DNA of 64,000 bases from Macrostomum hystrix (lineage: Eukaryota; Animalia; Platyhelminthes), in assembly GCA_950097015.1 (NCBI GenBank), contig CATNEN010000039.1, positions 7,564,001-7,628,000 of the forward strand, read 5' to 3'. Shown in pieces: positions 48,601-64,000 of the stretch (position 1 is its first letter; every line of letters begins with the position of its first letter). The notes beneath the pieces are model-generated. The model was not told the DNA's origin and did no database searches. It was given only the letters and a program-made list of their open reading frames with translations. The translations under genes and the position numbers were made by a program.

Positions 48601-50214
48601 TCAAGGTCATTGTTCAGTATGGCCATGTGGAGAGCCGACTGACCTGTAGGCGGAAAGGTATGTTTAAAGATGGTTAAGAAAAAATGTGCTGAGAAAATAG
48701 ACAGCTGAGAGAAAAAAGACAGCTGAGAAAATAGACAGCTGAGAGAAAAAAGACAGGTGAGATAAAAGACAGGGGAGAAGAGAGACAGGTGGGAAGAGAG
48801 ACAGGTGAGAAGAGAGTACTAATAGGGAGCAGGAAAGATAAGAGAGAAGAGGCCGGTGGTTGAGAAGCGCACAGAAGCCTGAAGTGGGTGCGCCTCTCAC
48901 CGAAATACTCCCATCCGATGAAGAAGTCCTTAGCTAGGTTGGGATACATGTCCACGAGTGTCATGGCAACGTGGCGGTGGGCCGGAGTTTTGTGCAACAG
49001 GCAGAGATGCAACAGGGTCTCTCCGTAGATGCCCCGCTTGGTGATGTCCCAGCAGACTAGGTGCTTGACGTTGTTGTCGTAGACCGAGGCGGCACTGTTG
49101 AACAGTCTCATTGGCACATTCTTGCGCGGCTGCTCACGAAACAGTTGAGCTGCTGTTGACTGAAATATTTGAGCTCGTCTAATTTAATCTGGGAAAAAAC
49201 AAGGCCCATTAAGGACCAACGAAAATGGGCGGTTGTTACGAGCTTTTAACCCTTAACAAAGAACTTGGACACCCCTGGCTCACAGACTGTAGACACTCCA
49301 GTTTTGGCTGAATGAATGTGGACACCCAAGTTTTGGCTGTAAGAATGTGGACACCCCAGTTTTGGCTGAAAGAATGTAGACACCCACTGGCTGAAAGAAT
49401 GTAGACACCCACTGGCTGTAAGTGTGTAGACACCCCACTTTTGGATGAAAGAATATCGACACCCCAGTTTTGGCTGTAAGAATTTGGACACCCCAGTTTT
49501 GGCTGAAAGAATGTGGACACCCCAGTTTTGGCTGAAAGAATGTGGACACCCCAGTTTTGGCTGAAAGAATGTAGACACCCACTGGCTGAAAGAATGTAGA
49601 CACCCACTGGCTGTAAGTGTGTAGACACCCCACTTTTGGATGAAAGAATATCGACACCCCAGTTTTGGCTGTAAGAATTTGGACACCCCAGTTTTGGCTG
49701 AAAGAATGTGGACACCCCAGTTTTGGCTGAAAGAATGTGGACACCCCAGTTTTGGCTGAAAGAATGTGGACACCCCAGTTTTGGCTGAAAGAATGTAGAC
49801 ACCCAGCGCTGTCTAAGAGGTAGAAGACGCCCAGTTTGCATGATCCAGAATGCAATCTCCATGCAGAAAAACCTTTTCCAAGTCCTGAACCGCCAGCGTA
49901 GACACCATGGCGCTGCGGGTCTTCAAGGGGTCCTCATCCGGCACCTCGTATTTGGTCACGGGCTTCCGGATCAGGTCGGCGCCGCTGACTTCGATACCGT
50001 CGCCGGCTTTGTAGAGATACGGCGCCACCTCCTGCTTGATGATCTGGCGCAGTGCGGCGGCGCCGTCTCGCTCGTAGCTGTCGATGAGGCGGCCGCCGCC
50101 GTAGATGTCCACCAGGCTGTAGATGGGATTTTGGCTAATCTGGGCCGACTGCTCGGCCCAGCGGTTCTCCCAGAGCATCTCGGAGGTCTGCACAGAGCTG
50201 GCCAGGTTGCCCAT
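42625..50214 (-). CDS. osm-9: TRPV cation channel, OSM-9/Inactive subfamily (about 13-14 exons)
   Basis: Ankyrin repeats (GETLLHLC, GQSALHMAI, YYGEYPLSFASC, GNNVLHMLV, GLNPISLAAKLG), WRYGDIACKLYPL..LLYEKW, six TM segments, pore FQMTHGEF, S6 LLNMIIAMM and WARIVV..ERS. Approximate exons: 50214-49906, 49150-48901, 48643-48486, 47626-47472, 46741-46401, 46290-46159, 45762-45636, 44956-44777, 44702-44592, 44522-44415, 43842-43681, 43587-43411, 43098-42625. Confidence 0.9.
43245..43385. repeat. About 22-bp intronic tandem repeat
   Basis: (GATTCAGGTGGGAATGGCTGAT)n, about 6 copies. Confidence 0.8.
45792..46103 (-). mobile_element. tRNA-derived SINE, family B (TRPV intron)
   Basis: Shared body and head with the other family B copies. 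Confidence 0.85.
46848..47430. repeat. 29-bp intronic minisatellite
   Basis: (GATGGACACCCCAGTTCTGTCAGAGAGGA)n. Confidence 0.95.
48071..48381 (-). mobile_element. CORE-like SINE, family A, with TSD
   Basis: Full head to tail, with TSD TCAATCAATTT at 48060-48070 and 48382-48392. Confidence 0.9.
49266..49806. repeat. About 29-bp intronic minisatellite with a higher-order duplication
   Basis: (GTGGACACCCCAGTTTTGGCTGAAAGAAT)n and shorter variants. Confidence 0.92.
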
Positions 50215-50867
50215 TGTGGTGGTCTCGGATCTGGCTGAGAATGAAGAACGATTTTAAAGCGCTTTTTACCAAACTTTCAGAGCCCGTTTTCCTTCCCCGC
50301 TTACTGAGTTGAGTCTGCTGGGAATGACTTGGGAGGACAGCATTACGTTGTCTTGACAACCAAGAGCAACTCGACAAGTCTACCTGCCTATTGAGTGGCT
50401 AGGCGCAGAGACGCGATTTGGAGATGGGGAACGTGTGCTGCGGTTCTGTCTCCAAGGGAAAATTCTGAGCTGGAAACCCGCTGGGAGGGAGGATTTATTC
50501 TATGAGGTGGGAAATTTTCTAGAACAATGAGGCTTGCTGAGTAGGGGGACTGGCGGGCTCCCCCACCCGCTCTGTTTGCACTTTCTCGCAGCCGGGCAGT
50601 CTGTTCCACCCACAGCTGGGCGTTGACTACCTGGACACACCGGCCTGCATTCAAGGCAACAGGGGGAGTGAAAGAGTCGTTAGAAAGACGACTGGCAGTT
50701 TCTGGGCTTCTTCTTTGAGCTGAGTCGCCATTTTAGGCCTCTTAATTAATGAACTGCGAGCAACGGCTGAGGAGAGAGAAACAGAGAGCATGCTCAGGCG
50801 CAAATAATTAAACTAAGGATGCGAGCGAAAAATCCTGCCATCTTCTATTAGCTTTTAATACATTTAA

Positions 50868-52165
50868 AGTTGAGCTCTGTGGGGTGTTGAGCTCTTTGAA
50901 CTCTATTGGGTGTTGAGCTCTGTGGGGTGTTGAGCTCTGTGGGGTGTTAAGCTCTGTGGGGTGTTGAGCTCTGTGGGGTGTTAAGCTCTGTGGGGTGTTG
51001 AGCTCTGTGGGGTGTTGAGCTCTGTGGGGTGTTGAGCTCTGTGGGGTGTTGAGCTCTGTGGGGTGGTGAGCTCTGTGGGGTGGTAAGCTCTGTGGGGTGT
51101 TGAGCTCTGTGGGGTGTTGAGCTCTGTGGGGTGTTGAGCTCTGTGGGGTGTTAAGCTCTGTGGGGTGGTGAGCTCTGTGGGGTGTTGAGCTCTGTGGGGT
51201 GTTAAGCTCTGTGGGGTGGTGAGCTCTGTGGGGTGTTGAGCTCTGTGGGGTGTTGAGCTCTGTGGGGTGTTAAGCTCTGTGGGGTGTTGAGCTCTGTGGG
51301 GTGTTAAGCTCTGTGGGGTGTTGAGCTCTGTGGGGTGTTGAGCTCTGTGGGGTGTTGAGCTCTGTGGGGTGTTGAGCTCTGTGGGGTGGTGAGCTCTGTG
51401 GGGTGGTAAGCTCTGTGGGGTGTTGAGCTCTGTGGGGTGTTGAGCTCTGTGGGGTGTTGAGCTCTGTGGGGTGTTAAGCTCTGTGGGGTGGTGAGCTCTG
51501 TGGGGTGTTGAGCTCTGTGGGGTGTTAAGCTCTGTGGGGTGGTGAGCTCTGTGGGGTGTTAAGCTCTGTGGGGTGTTAAGCTCTGTGGGGTGTTGAGCTC
51601 TGTGGGGTGTTAAGCTCTGTGGGGTGGTGAGCTCTGTGGGGTGTTGAGCTCTGTGGGGTGTTAAGCTCTGTGGGGTGTTGAGCTCTGTGGGGTGTTAAGC
51701 TCTGTGGGGTGGTGAGCTCTGTGGGGTGGTGAGCTCTGTGGGGTGGTGAGCTCTGTGGGGTGTTGAGCTCTGTGGGGTGTTAAGCTCTGTGGGGTGTTGA
51801 GCTCTGTGGGGTGTTAAGCTCTGTGGGGTGTTGAGCTCTGTGGGGTGTTGAGCTCTGTGGGGTGTTAAGCTCTGTGGGTGTTAAGCTCTGTGGGGTGTTG
51901 AGCTCTGTGGGGTGTTGAGCTCTGTGGGGTGTTAAGCTCTGTGGGGTGTTAAGCTCTGTGGGGTGTTAAGCTCTGTGGGGTGTTAAGCTCTGAGGGGTGT
52001 TGAGCTCTGTGGGGTGTTAAGCTCTGTGGGGTGTTGAGCTCTGTGGGGTGGTGAGCTCTGTGGGGTGGTGAGCTCTGTGGGGTGGTGAGCTCTGTGGGGT
52101 GTTGAGCTCTGTGGGGTGGTGAGCTCTGTGGGGTGTTGAGCTCTGTGGGGTGGTGAGCTCTGTGG
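50868..52165. repeat. 17-bp minisatellite (about 75 copies)
   Basis: (GAGCTCTGTGGGGTGTT)n. Confidence 0.95.
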
Positions 52166-52714
52166 CCTGTTGGTCTGAGTTGTTTTAACTTGCCTTGACG
52201 TAACACTTTCTGTTAGACAGTGTCTTAAATTGAAAGATTTTTTCGTTTTATTAAGTAATTCTTTGTTTTACTACTTTAAATCACTCATATTAGTAGCATA
52301 GACAAAGCTTTTTACCAACAAATTTAGCAGGTCAAGTTGGATGTGGATTGAGAAGTTTCAGATCTCACTATTCTTACTATTCCCCTCTCTGTCTTTCTAC
52401 CCTTGACAAGGGGGCAAGCTCTGACTTCGGAGTCAAGGCCAAATTCAAGCTCTCAAATTATTTTTCAAAGGGTTTTGCGAATCCAAGAAATTTTACAAAA
52501 TAAAATCAAGTTAGGGATTAGCACAGAAATGAGCTGCATTCTAACTAAGTCTGTCGATATATTGCACCTTTTTATAACAATTTAGATAATAATTCTAAGC
52601 TGAATATCAATTCGGGCAGATCCCATGGGACTTATAGGGATTTCTGTTCGGATCAAAGACATTACAAGCGTAACATCGAGCTAGGATTGCCAGGCAGTCA
52701 TGTGTTTGCTGCAT

Positions 52715-52968
52715 TGGTCGGACTCACGACTTGAAGGTCGGAGGTTCGATTCCCAACTCCACTCGAACAAGTTGCGTCCTGTAGCAAGAAAGTCAACTCA
52801 GCAGCGCTTCAGTTCACCCAGCTGTTAAATGGGTACCAGTATTAGCTGGGGTAATTAAGTGTGGGTTTGGCATCCCCCCAGTCCATGGACTGAAGAGCCG
52901 TATACGCAGCCTTCAGATGCACTGCGCAATGACCTAAATGAAACAAGTGCAATCGATTATTATTATTG
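52715..52968 (+). mobile_element. 5'-truncated CORE-like SINE (family A), tail-to-tail with a family B fragment (about 52980-53105, minus)
   Basis: GGTTCGATTCCC B box, CORE-like segment and ATT tail. Confidence 0.8.
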
Positions 52969-53761
52969 TACAATCGACAGTGGACCCGTTACCTTACGAG
53001 AGGCTATTCTGCCCATTCCGCTGACTCCTGAGCACACACTCACTTTTAGGGATGTGTACATCTGTACCTGAGTTTATCAGCGTCAGACAGTGAACATTGT
53101 CACTTTAGGTCTTTGTTTTTGACCCTCACGCTAGATGAGAAAAGCGACTCATCAAGGCATCGCCGGCAGGCTGATCTCCGCTACATCGCGTTGTTGTTGG
53201 ACCCAGATCGGTAAACAGGCGGCCCAGCCCTGTTACCTGTGTCCACGGACCACCCAGTCGTTAGGTATTTTAGTTAATAAAGGCCTTGCACGTAAGTCCG
53301 GGTTAAGCTCGTTAAATCTGTGTTTCGATATTTTATTTAGCTAAAAAAGTCGTGAAACTTTTAGACATTTTATTCTTTTCGTTCAATTTTCGCAGTACAA
53401 AATTATGAGCTCCATAGAGCCGACCAACATTATTCGATATTCATAGTTTTAAACTTGGGTAATTTGTATAAATAATATAACATTTTTAATTGATCTAATT
53501 TTATATTTAATTGATGCTTTCGAGTGGAAAGCATTGCTTCGTCAAGTCTTTTTCTACATTTCTCTTCAATTCAAAATTACGAATGTGCGAGATAACTCTT
53601 CTATGTTGCTATGGTGTTTGTATAATGAACGAAGATAATTAAAGTTGAAGAGGTATCACGTATATAAATTAGTTACTTGTTTCTTAGAAAATCCTGCCTA
53701 TCAAAAACGTGTCGCAAGATGACGCCACGCGTGCGTCAAGCTGGCGACCGCCGCTCGGCCG

Positions 53762-54760
53762 TCACTCTGAACTCCTCGGGCCGAAGTGGGCCAGGAACTC
53801 CATCGGCAGCGGGAAGATGATGGTGGAGTTCTTTTCAGCCGAGATGGCGCTCAGCGTGTGCAGGTAGCGGAGCTGCAGGGCGAACGGCGACTCCTGGATT
53901 ACGGCGGCGGCCTCGCGCAGAGCCCTGGAGGCCCGCTGCTCACCCTCGGCCATGATGACCTTGGCGCGGGCCTCGCGAGCTGCCTCCGCCTCGGCGGCCA
54001 TCGCCCGCTGCAGCTGCACCGGCAGGCGGACGTCCTTGATCTCGACACGTTCAACCTTGACACCCCAGGGATCCGTGGCAGCGTCCAGGCACTCCTGCAT
54101 CAGGCAGCTGATGTCCTCGCGCTCGGCCAGGATCTCAGACAGGTTCTTAGTGCCAAGGACGTTGCGCAGGGTTGTTTGGGCCAGCAGGCGGGTGGAGCGA
54201 TCAGCGTTCTCCACGTTGGTGACGCTGATGACTGGATTGAAGATGCGATAATAGACCACAGCGTCGACTGCCACGGTGACTGAGTCCTTCGTCAACACCT
54301 CCTGCGGAGGCACATCAAACGTGACGGTGCGAAGGTCCACCCGGCGCACGCTGTCGCAGCAGGGCACAACGAAGAAGAGGCCGGGGCCGCGGCCGCGACC
54401 GCCGCTGACGCGGCCGAGGCGGAACAGCACGGCGCGCTCGTACTCAGCCACGACGCGCAGACAGAAGAATAAAGAGAACGGCAACGTCAGCAGGATCAGG
54501 GCCAGGCTGCAGACGAACAACAGTCGCGAGCAGAAGCTGCTGGCAGACTCGTTCGGCGATAGGGCATCCAGCTGGTTGTCGACGCTTATCAGCAGGCGGC
54601 GTCGTTTGATCTGATGTCGAGCGGCTTCATTGAACTCGTGCGTTGCGGAGGCGGAGGCGGAGGCCGCAGCTTCAGGCGAGCCGTGCTGTTGGGCGTCCAC
54701 TTGGAGTAGCGGCTTCTCCACAGACGATCTCTCCGGGTCGAAGTCGCTGTTGGTCGCCAT
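53762..54760 (-). CDS. STOM: Stomatin / band-7 (SPFH) protein, MEC-2-like, intronless, 332 aa
   Basis: Hydrophobic hairpin LLTLPFS, then EYERAVLFRLGR, DLRTVTFDVPPQEVLTKDSVTVAVDAVVYYRI, LAQTTLRNVLG, WGVKVERVEIKDVRLPVQLQRAMAAEAEA and STIIFPLP. The ORF-track extension to 54880 is partly SINE sequence. Confidence 0.95.
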   Translation of the reverse strand: MATNSDFDPERSSVEKPLLQVDAQQHGSPEAAASASASATHEFNEAARHQIKRRRLLISVDNQLDALSPNESASSFCSRLLFVCSLALILLTLPFSLFFCLRVVAEYERAVLFRLGRVSGGRGRGPGLFFVVPCCDSVRRVDLRTVTFDVPPQEVLTKDSVTVAVDAVVYYRIFNPVISVTNVENADRSTRLLAQTTLRNVLGTKNLSEILAEREDISCLMQECLDAATDPWGVKVERVEIKDVRLPVQLQRAMAAEAEAAREARAKVIMAEGEQRASRALREAAAVIQESPFALQLRYLHTLSAISAEKNSTIIFPLPMEFLAHFGPRSSE

Positions 54761-54806
54761 TGTTGATGCTTTGCTCTTCAGAGTCTGAGTTGGAGCTGCT
54801 TTAGGG

Positions 54807-55153
54807 GTCGGTGGCTGAGTGGTTAACGCGTTCGCCTCTCGCGCCAAGGTCCCAAGCTTGATTCCGCGGCGAGGCCACATTTATTTAGGCGCAGTCGCGG
54901 AGAGAAAGCTTAAGGGCTTGTCGTACAATTTATGCCCCTGAGGGCCAACCTCCACTGCCTGACGATGAGAAAGTCAGGGCAGATGTACACACCTGTATGA
55001 GTGTGTGCCTGCGTACGTTATCTGTGTGCATGTGTGCTCAGGAGTCAGCGAAATGGGCAGAATTGCCTCCTCGCTGGCAGTGGGTCTAGTGTCGCCTAAT
55101 GATGCGCCATTGCCAACAGCCCTCCTACAATTATTCATATTTTTATTTTTGGT
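54807..55153 (+). mobile_element. tRNA-derived SINE, family B, with 12-bp TSD
   Basis: TGGCTGAGTGG A box, family body, and TSD GCTGCTTTAGGG at 54795-54806 and 55154-55165. Confidence 0.9.
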
Positions 55154-55999
55154 GCTGCTTTAGGGAGAGAGTTTTGTGAGATCTGCTCTGAGCCTACTGC
55201 TCAATATCCTGGAGATTATCCTGAGCTCGAATTCGAGGTATAATGGTCACGTTTTTTAGTTCACAGCCGCGAAAACAAGGCTCATGAATTTTGTCCGGCA
55301 GCTTACAGTGATTGGGGCGAACTCACAAGTCACAACGAGAGTGCACTCTGCCTGACGATGAGAAAGTCCGCGCAGATGTACACACCTCTATGAGTGTGTT
55401 CTAATGTGTCATTAAATAGGCAGAGTTGCCTGCTCTCTGGCCGTGGACCGCTGTTTATCGAAACGGTGTGTCAGCGCCCACGGCAAATACTATTACAGTT
55501 TGGGTTATCAACCAGCAGAATCAGTTCACCCACCTTGTTCCCTCAATCGAAGAAATTCTCAATCGAGGGCAGCCGAATGTTCCTCCGAGTGAACGAACAC
55601 TGGGGCTGAGCGAAGACACTGTGACGCCAGCAGGTGGTTCAGTTCTAGCCGCTCGCTGCCGCATATGCCTATCTAGTGGGAACTAGTACAGCCTCCCAAC
55701 CCGAGCTGGCCTCTCATTCCCTCTCGCTTTCATCCCCAATGCCTGAGCTGATCTATCTGTCGCTATTGGGCGCTCATTGCCGCTAGTGCGCAGCGGGATA
55801 TTTCTGCTAGCGCCAGTAGAAAGATCCCATCGTTGTGTAGGCCGACATTGTTATCGATCTTCTCGCTCAAGCGCCCCTGTTAGATGCAGGCTTTGCGACC
55901 TCCCTTTTTGTCTCTGATTTTCTCAACAATAACATTCATTTGTCAGCGGCTTCGTACTGTTATGGGCTTTCATAGGCCCCTTTGATATATTTATGGGCG

Positions 56000-56177
<178 letters not shown>

Positions 56178-56554
56178 ACCCAGAATCCTATCTAGGCTCT
56201 GAGTCTATCTTATCTTTCTCTCTTAGTCTGCGCACTCACGTGTGCTCTGAACTTCTCTCAGTATTTCCCCAGGGGGGTAGAGGGCAGAAGCATTCCCTTT
56301 AAACCCCAAGAAGCCGGTCCCACAGAAACGTAGCGGTGGCCGTATTAACGTCCCCAGTAGTGATAGCCGCAATGAGGGGACTGGGGCTGCTATCCTAGAA
56401 CCAATTTGTCGCAACTGTTCCGATAAAGGAGGACCGGTCTGCATGCTCCATCTCCATCTCCCTTCTCAAAAGCTCTCATTGCCTTCCGAATCTGTGCGAA
56501 TATCTCTATCGGATGGGAATTTATAACGTTGGTTTAATCTTCGACAAGCCCAAA

Positions 56555-58642
56555 ATGGGACAGGAGGATAGGACAGGACGATGGGACAGGAGGATGGGAC
56601 AGGAGGATGGGACAGGAGGATGGGACAGGAGGATGGGACATGATGGAGGATAGGACAGGACGATGGGACAGGAGGATGGTACAGGAGGATGGGACATGAT
56701 GGAGGATAGGACAGGAGGATTGTACAGGAGGATGGTACAGGAGGATGGGACAGGAGGATGGGACAGGAGGATGGGACATGATGGAGGATAGGACAGGACG
56801 ATGGGACAGGAGGATGGTACAGGAGGATGGGACATGATGGAGGATAGGACAGGAGGATTGTACAGGAGGATGGTACAGGAGGATGGGACAGGAGGATGGG
56901 ACAGGAGGATGGGACAGGAGGATGGGACAGGAGGATAGGACAGGACGATGGGACAGGAGGATGGTACAGGAGGATGGGACAGGAGGAGGGGACAGCACAG
57001 AGGATAGGACAGGAGGATGGTACAGGAGGATAGGACAGGAGGATGGGACAGGAGGATAGGACAGGAGGATGGGACAGGAGGATGGTACAGGAGGATGGGA
57101 CAGCACAGAGGATGGGACAGCACAGAGGATGGGACAGCACAGAGGATGGGACAGCACAGAGGATGGGACGGCACAGAGGATGGGACAGCACAGAGGATGG
57201 GACAGGAGGATAGAACAGGACGATGGGACAGGAGGATGAAACAGGAGGATGGGACATGATGGAGGACGGCACAGAGGATGGGACAGGAGGATGGGACAGG
57301 AGGAGGGGACAGGAGGAGGGGACAGCACAGAGGATGGGACAGCACAGAGGATGGGACAGCACAGAGGATGGGACAGCACAGAGGATGGGACAGCACAGAG
57401 GATGGGACAGCACAGAGGATGGGACAGCACAGAGGATGGGACAGCACAGAGGATGGGACAGCACAGAGGATGGGACAGCACAGAGGATGGGTCAGCACAG
57501 AGGATGGGACAGCACAGAGGATGGGACAGCACAGAGGATGGGACAGCACAGAGGATGGGACAGCACAGAGGATGGGACAGCACAGAGGATGGGACAGCAC
57601 AGAGGATGGGACAGCACAGAGGATGGGACAGCACAGAGGATGGGACAGCACAGAGGATGGGACAGCACAGAGGATGGGACAGCACAGAGGATGAGACAGC
57701 ACAGAGGATGGGACAGCACAGAGGATGGGACAGCACAGAGGATGGGACAGCACAGAGGAGGGGACAGCACAGAGGATGGGACAGCACAGAGGATGGGACA
57801 GCACAGAGGATGGGACAGCACAGAGGATGGGACAGCACAGTGGATGGGACAGCACAGAGGATGGGACAGCACAGAGGATGGACAGCACAGAGGATGGGAC
57901 AGCACAGAGGATGGGACAGCACAGAGGATGGACAGCACAGAGGATGGGACAGCACAGAGGATGGGACAGCACAGAGGATGGACAGCACAGAGGATGGACA
58001 GCACAGAGGATGGGACAGCACAGAGGATGGACAGCACAGAGGATGGGACAGCACAGAGGATGGGACAGCACAGAGGATGGACAGCACAGAGGATGGGACA
58101 GCACAGAGGATGGGACAGCACAGAGGATGGGACAGCACAGAGGATGGGACAGCACAGTGGATGGGACAGCACAGAGGATGGGACAGCACAGAGGATGGAC
58201 AGCACAGAGGATGGGACAGCACAGAGGATGGGACAGCACAGAGGATGGGACAGCACAGAGGATGGGACAGCACAGAGGAGGGGACAGCACAGAGGATGGG
58301 ACAGCACAGAGGATGGGACAGCACAGAGGATGGACAGCACAGAGGATGGGACAGCACAGAGGATGGGACAGCACAGAGGATGGGACAGCACAGAGGATGG
58401 ACAGCACAGAGGATGGGACAGCACAGAGGATGGGACAGCACAGAGGATGGGACAGCATAGTGGATGGGACAGCACAGAGGATCGGACAGCACAGAGGATG
58501 GACAGCACAGAGGATGGGACAGCACAGAGGATGGGACAGCACAGAGGATGGGACAGCACAGAGGATGGGACAGCACAGAGGAGGGGACAGCACAGAGGAT
58601 GGGACAGCACAGAGGATGGGACAGCACAGAGGATGGGACAGC
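56555..58642. repeat. Compound 13-bp/17-bp minisatellite
   Basis: (GGATGGGACAGGA)n grades into (GGATGGGACAGCACAGA)n. Confidence 0.95.
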
Positions 58643-59192
58643 TTGTAAACCTTGATGTTTTTGAATGCTTGACTCTCGCTTTGAGACGTGATAGAGGGTG
58701 AATGAGGGAAATGAGCTGTTGAGTTTGGAATAAATTCTGAACGACTTGGGCAGTCTTGAGTGGGTCGGGTCCACAGCAAGTTATCAGTGCGGCTGCAGTG
58801 CTGGCTGAGAGAGCAATTGTGGCTGTCCCAGAATGTGGATGTCACGTTGCAGCGATTCCGCCCAAATGGGGAAGGCTAGCAAAGTGGGGATGTGGGGAGA
58901 ACGGCAGCGGGCCAGCTGCCCGGGGACTCAGGATGGAGAAAGAAGAAACCCTTGCAGAGGGGATCGAGTCTTCGCGCCGCTGGAATCCGGGATTATCGAT
59001 GCCAGCAGCCGCAGTGTCAACACTGCTAGTTATGGCAATGATGGGATGGGCTGGGGTTAGCTGGGGGATATCAGGCTGTACGGTCGAACCGAATGACATG
59101 GTATCTGGAAATATGGGACAGTTGCCAACACGCTGCACTACAATCTTGTTCTATCGAGGAGGGCAAAATGAAAAGCAGAAGACAACTGGGGA

Positions 59193-59590
59193 CCTGTTAG
59201 ATAGAAGTACCAACCTGCTAGACAGAAGTACCAACCTGTTAGACAGAAGTACCAACCTGTTAGACAGAAGTACCAACCTGTTAGACAGAGGAACCAACCT
59301 GTTAGACAGAAGTACCTTCCTGTTAGACAGAAAAACCAATCTGTTGGACAGAAGAACCAACCTGTTAGACAGAAGTACCTTCCTGTTAGACAGAAGTACC
59401 TTCCTGTTAGACAGAAAAACCAATCTGTTGGACAGAAGAACAAACCTGTTAGACAGAAGTACCTTCCTGTTAGACAGAAAAACCAATCTGTTGGACAGAA
59501 GAACAAACCTGTTAGACAGAAGTACCTTCCTGTTAGACAGAAAAACCAATCTGTTGGACAGAAGAACAAACCTGTTAGACAGAAGAACCG
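59193..59590. repeat. 21-bp minisatellite
   Basis: (TAGACAGAAGTACCAACCTGT)n and variants. Confidence 0.93.
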
Positions 59591-60077
59591 ACAAGCATAA
59601 TGGCTTCTTCGCTGGCTGCACGAAATTATGTGATAGTGCTATCATCAAAACATCAGAAATGTATTTTCCCTATAAGCCATCGTGGTTTTTGTTACAGAGA
59701 TTTTTCCGCCACTAAAAATCGCGCCACGAGTCAAATGACGTCACTATATTGACATTTTTTGAATTGCAGACTTTCAGCCATTAAAAGTGCAATAGTAGCT
59801 GTTCTATTTTATTTTACACAGTACTGCTTTGGTCCTCGGGTCTGTGGTTAGGTTAAATTTGTGAAATAAGCCATCAATAATCAAAGCGTGCATTGGATAA
59901 GCGAATATTTTAAAAAAATTCTCTGTATGAGTAATGGGGATACAAATGATACAACTGTGCTACTCTCAAGTAGCCACAAAAGTGTTTCTGACTCATATTC
60001 GATGTTGATTACTGACTTGTTAACTAGGAGACAGGTTGAGGAATCTGAAATGAGATTAGACGCGATGTCAAAAGTCA

Positions 60078-63470
<3,393 letters not shown>

Positions 63471-63472
<2 letters not shown>

Positions 63473-63719
63473 TTCTGTTAGAATTTCTGTTAGAATTTCT
63501 GTTAGAATTTCTGTTAGAATTTCTGTTAGAATTTCTGTTAGAATTTCTGTTAGAATTTCTGTTAGAATTTCTGTTAGAATTTCTGTTAGAATTTCTGTTA
63601 GAATTTCTGTTAGAATTTCTGTTAGAATTTCTGTTAGAATTTCTGTTAGAATTTCTGTTAGAATTTCTGTTAGAATTTCTGTTAGAATTTCTGTTAGAAT
63701 TTCTGTTAGAATTTCTGTT
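63471..63719. repeat. 12-bp perfect tandem repeat (about 21 copies) abutting the Runx ATG
   Basis: (GAATTTCTGTTA)n. Confidence 0.97.
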
Positions 63720-64000
63720 TGAATGCCAAAGAACTGTTTGGAATTACGACGTAGATGCGAAATATAACGCTTATCAGACGTCAATCATTTTTATGATTAG
63801 GCTGACAACTCGGAGGGGTATGAAAAATCTCAGGTATTCTCTGAGCATCAATCATGTGTCAGGCAGGTGTTGCACACGCGAATGTCGAAAGGATGAAGAA
63901 GAATTCAAACAGGTCTCCTGTGATTGGCTGCCGCTAATCACCTAAATATTCACATTTCAGGCATCAACTGCGCATATTTACCTGGCCAAATTATCCGACC

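Noticed and set aside
54959-54978. CTGACGA..GAAA in SINE family B as a hammerhead ribozyme core
   Set aside because: No stem II or stem III/NUH can be built. CTGAC simply pairs with GTCAG in a plain hairpin.
56466-58845. Long ORFs across satellites (also 3859-4635, 10871-11713, 22269-22972, 46895-47559, 49236-49862, 55982-56302, 58756-59715)
   Set aside because: They arise from stop-free repeat units. The arrays are intronic or intergenic, and many have frame-shifting unit lengths.

Overview
Eukaryotic (animal) genomic DNA with GT-AG introns, GC-rich exons, many minisatellites and tRNA-derived SINEs. The style fits a free-living flatworm such as Macrostomum (inference only). Plus-strand genes: two tandem cyclophilins and a GT-A-like glycosyltransferase preceded by a deleted partial copy. 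Minus-strand genes: an MS4A/CD20-like membrane protein, three tandem Src-family kinases (one with degenerate catalytic and regulatory motifs), an OSM-9/Inactive-type TRPV channel, an intronless stomatin and a Runx gene. The intron of the second cyclophilin holds a full-length 6.5-kb LOA-like non-LTR retrotransposon inserted into a 21-bp minisatellite with a 13-bp target-site duplication. Main observations: (1) a hand-foldable HDV-like self-cleaving ribozyme whose predicted cleavage site is exactly the element's 5' end; (2) two genes whose first visible coding exon has no ATG and starts in phase 0 after a splice acceptor, as expected if a trans-spliced leader supplies the AUG; (3) a 1.8-kb minisatellite that reads as an in-frame 622-codon exon; (4) a mosaic Src paralogue that differs mainly at regulatory sites; (5) a TRPV micro-exon that repeats the selectivity-filter motif. 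All gene models and RNA folds were read by hand, with no database searches.
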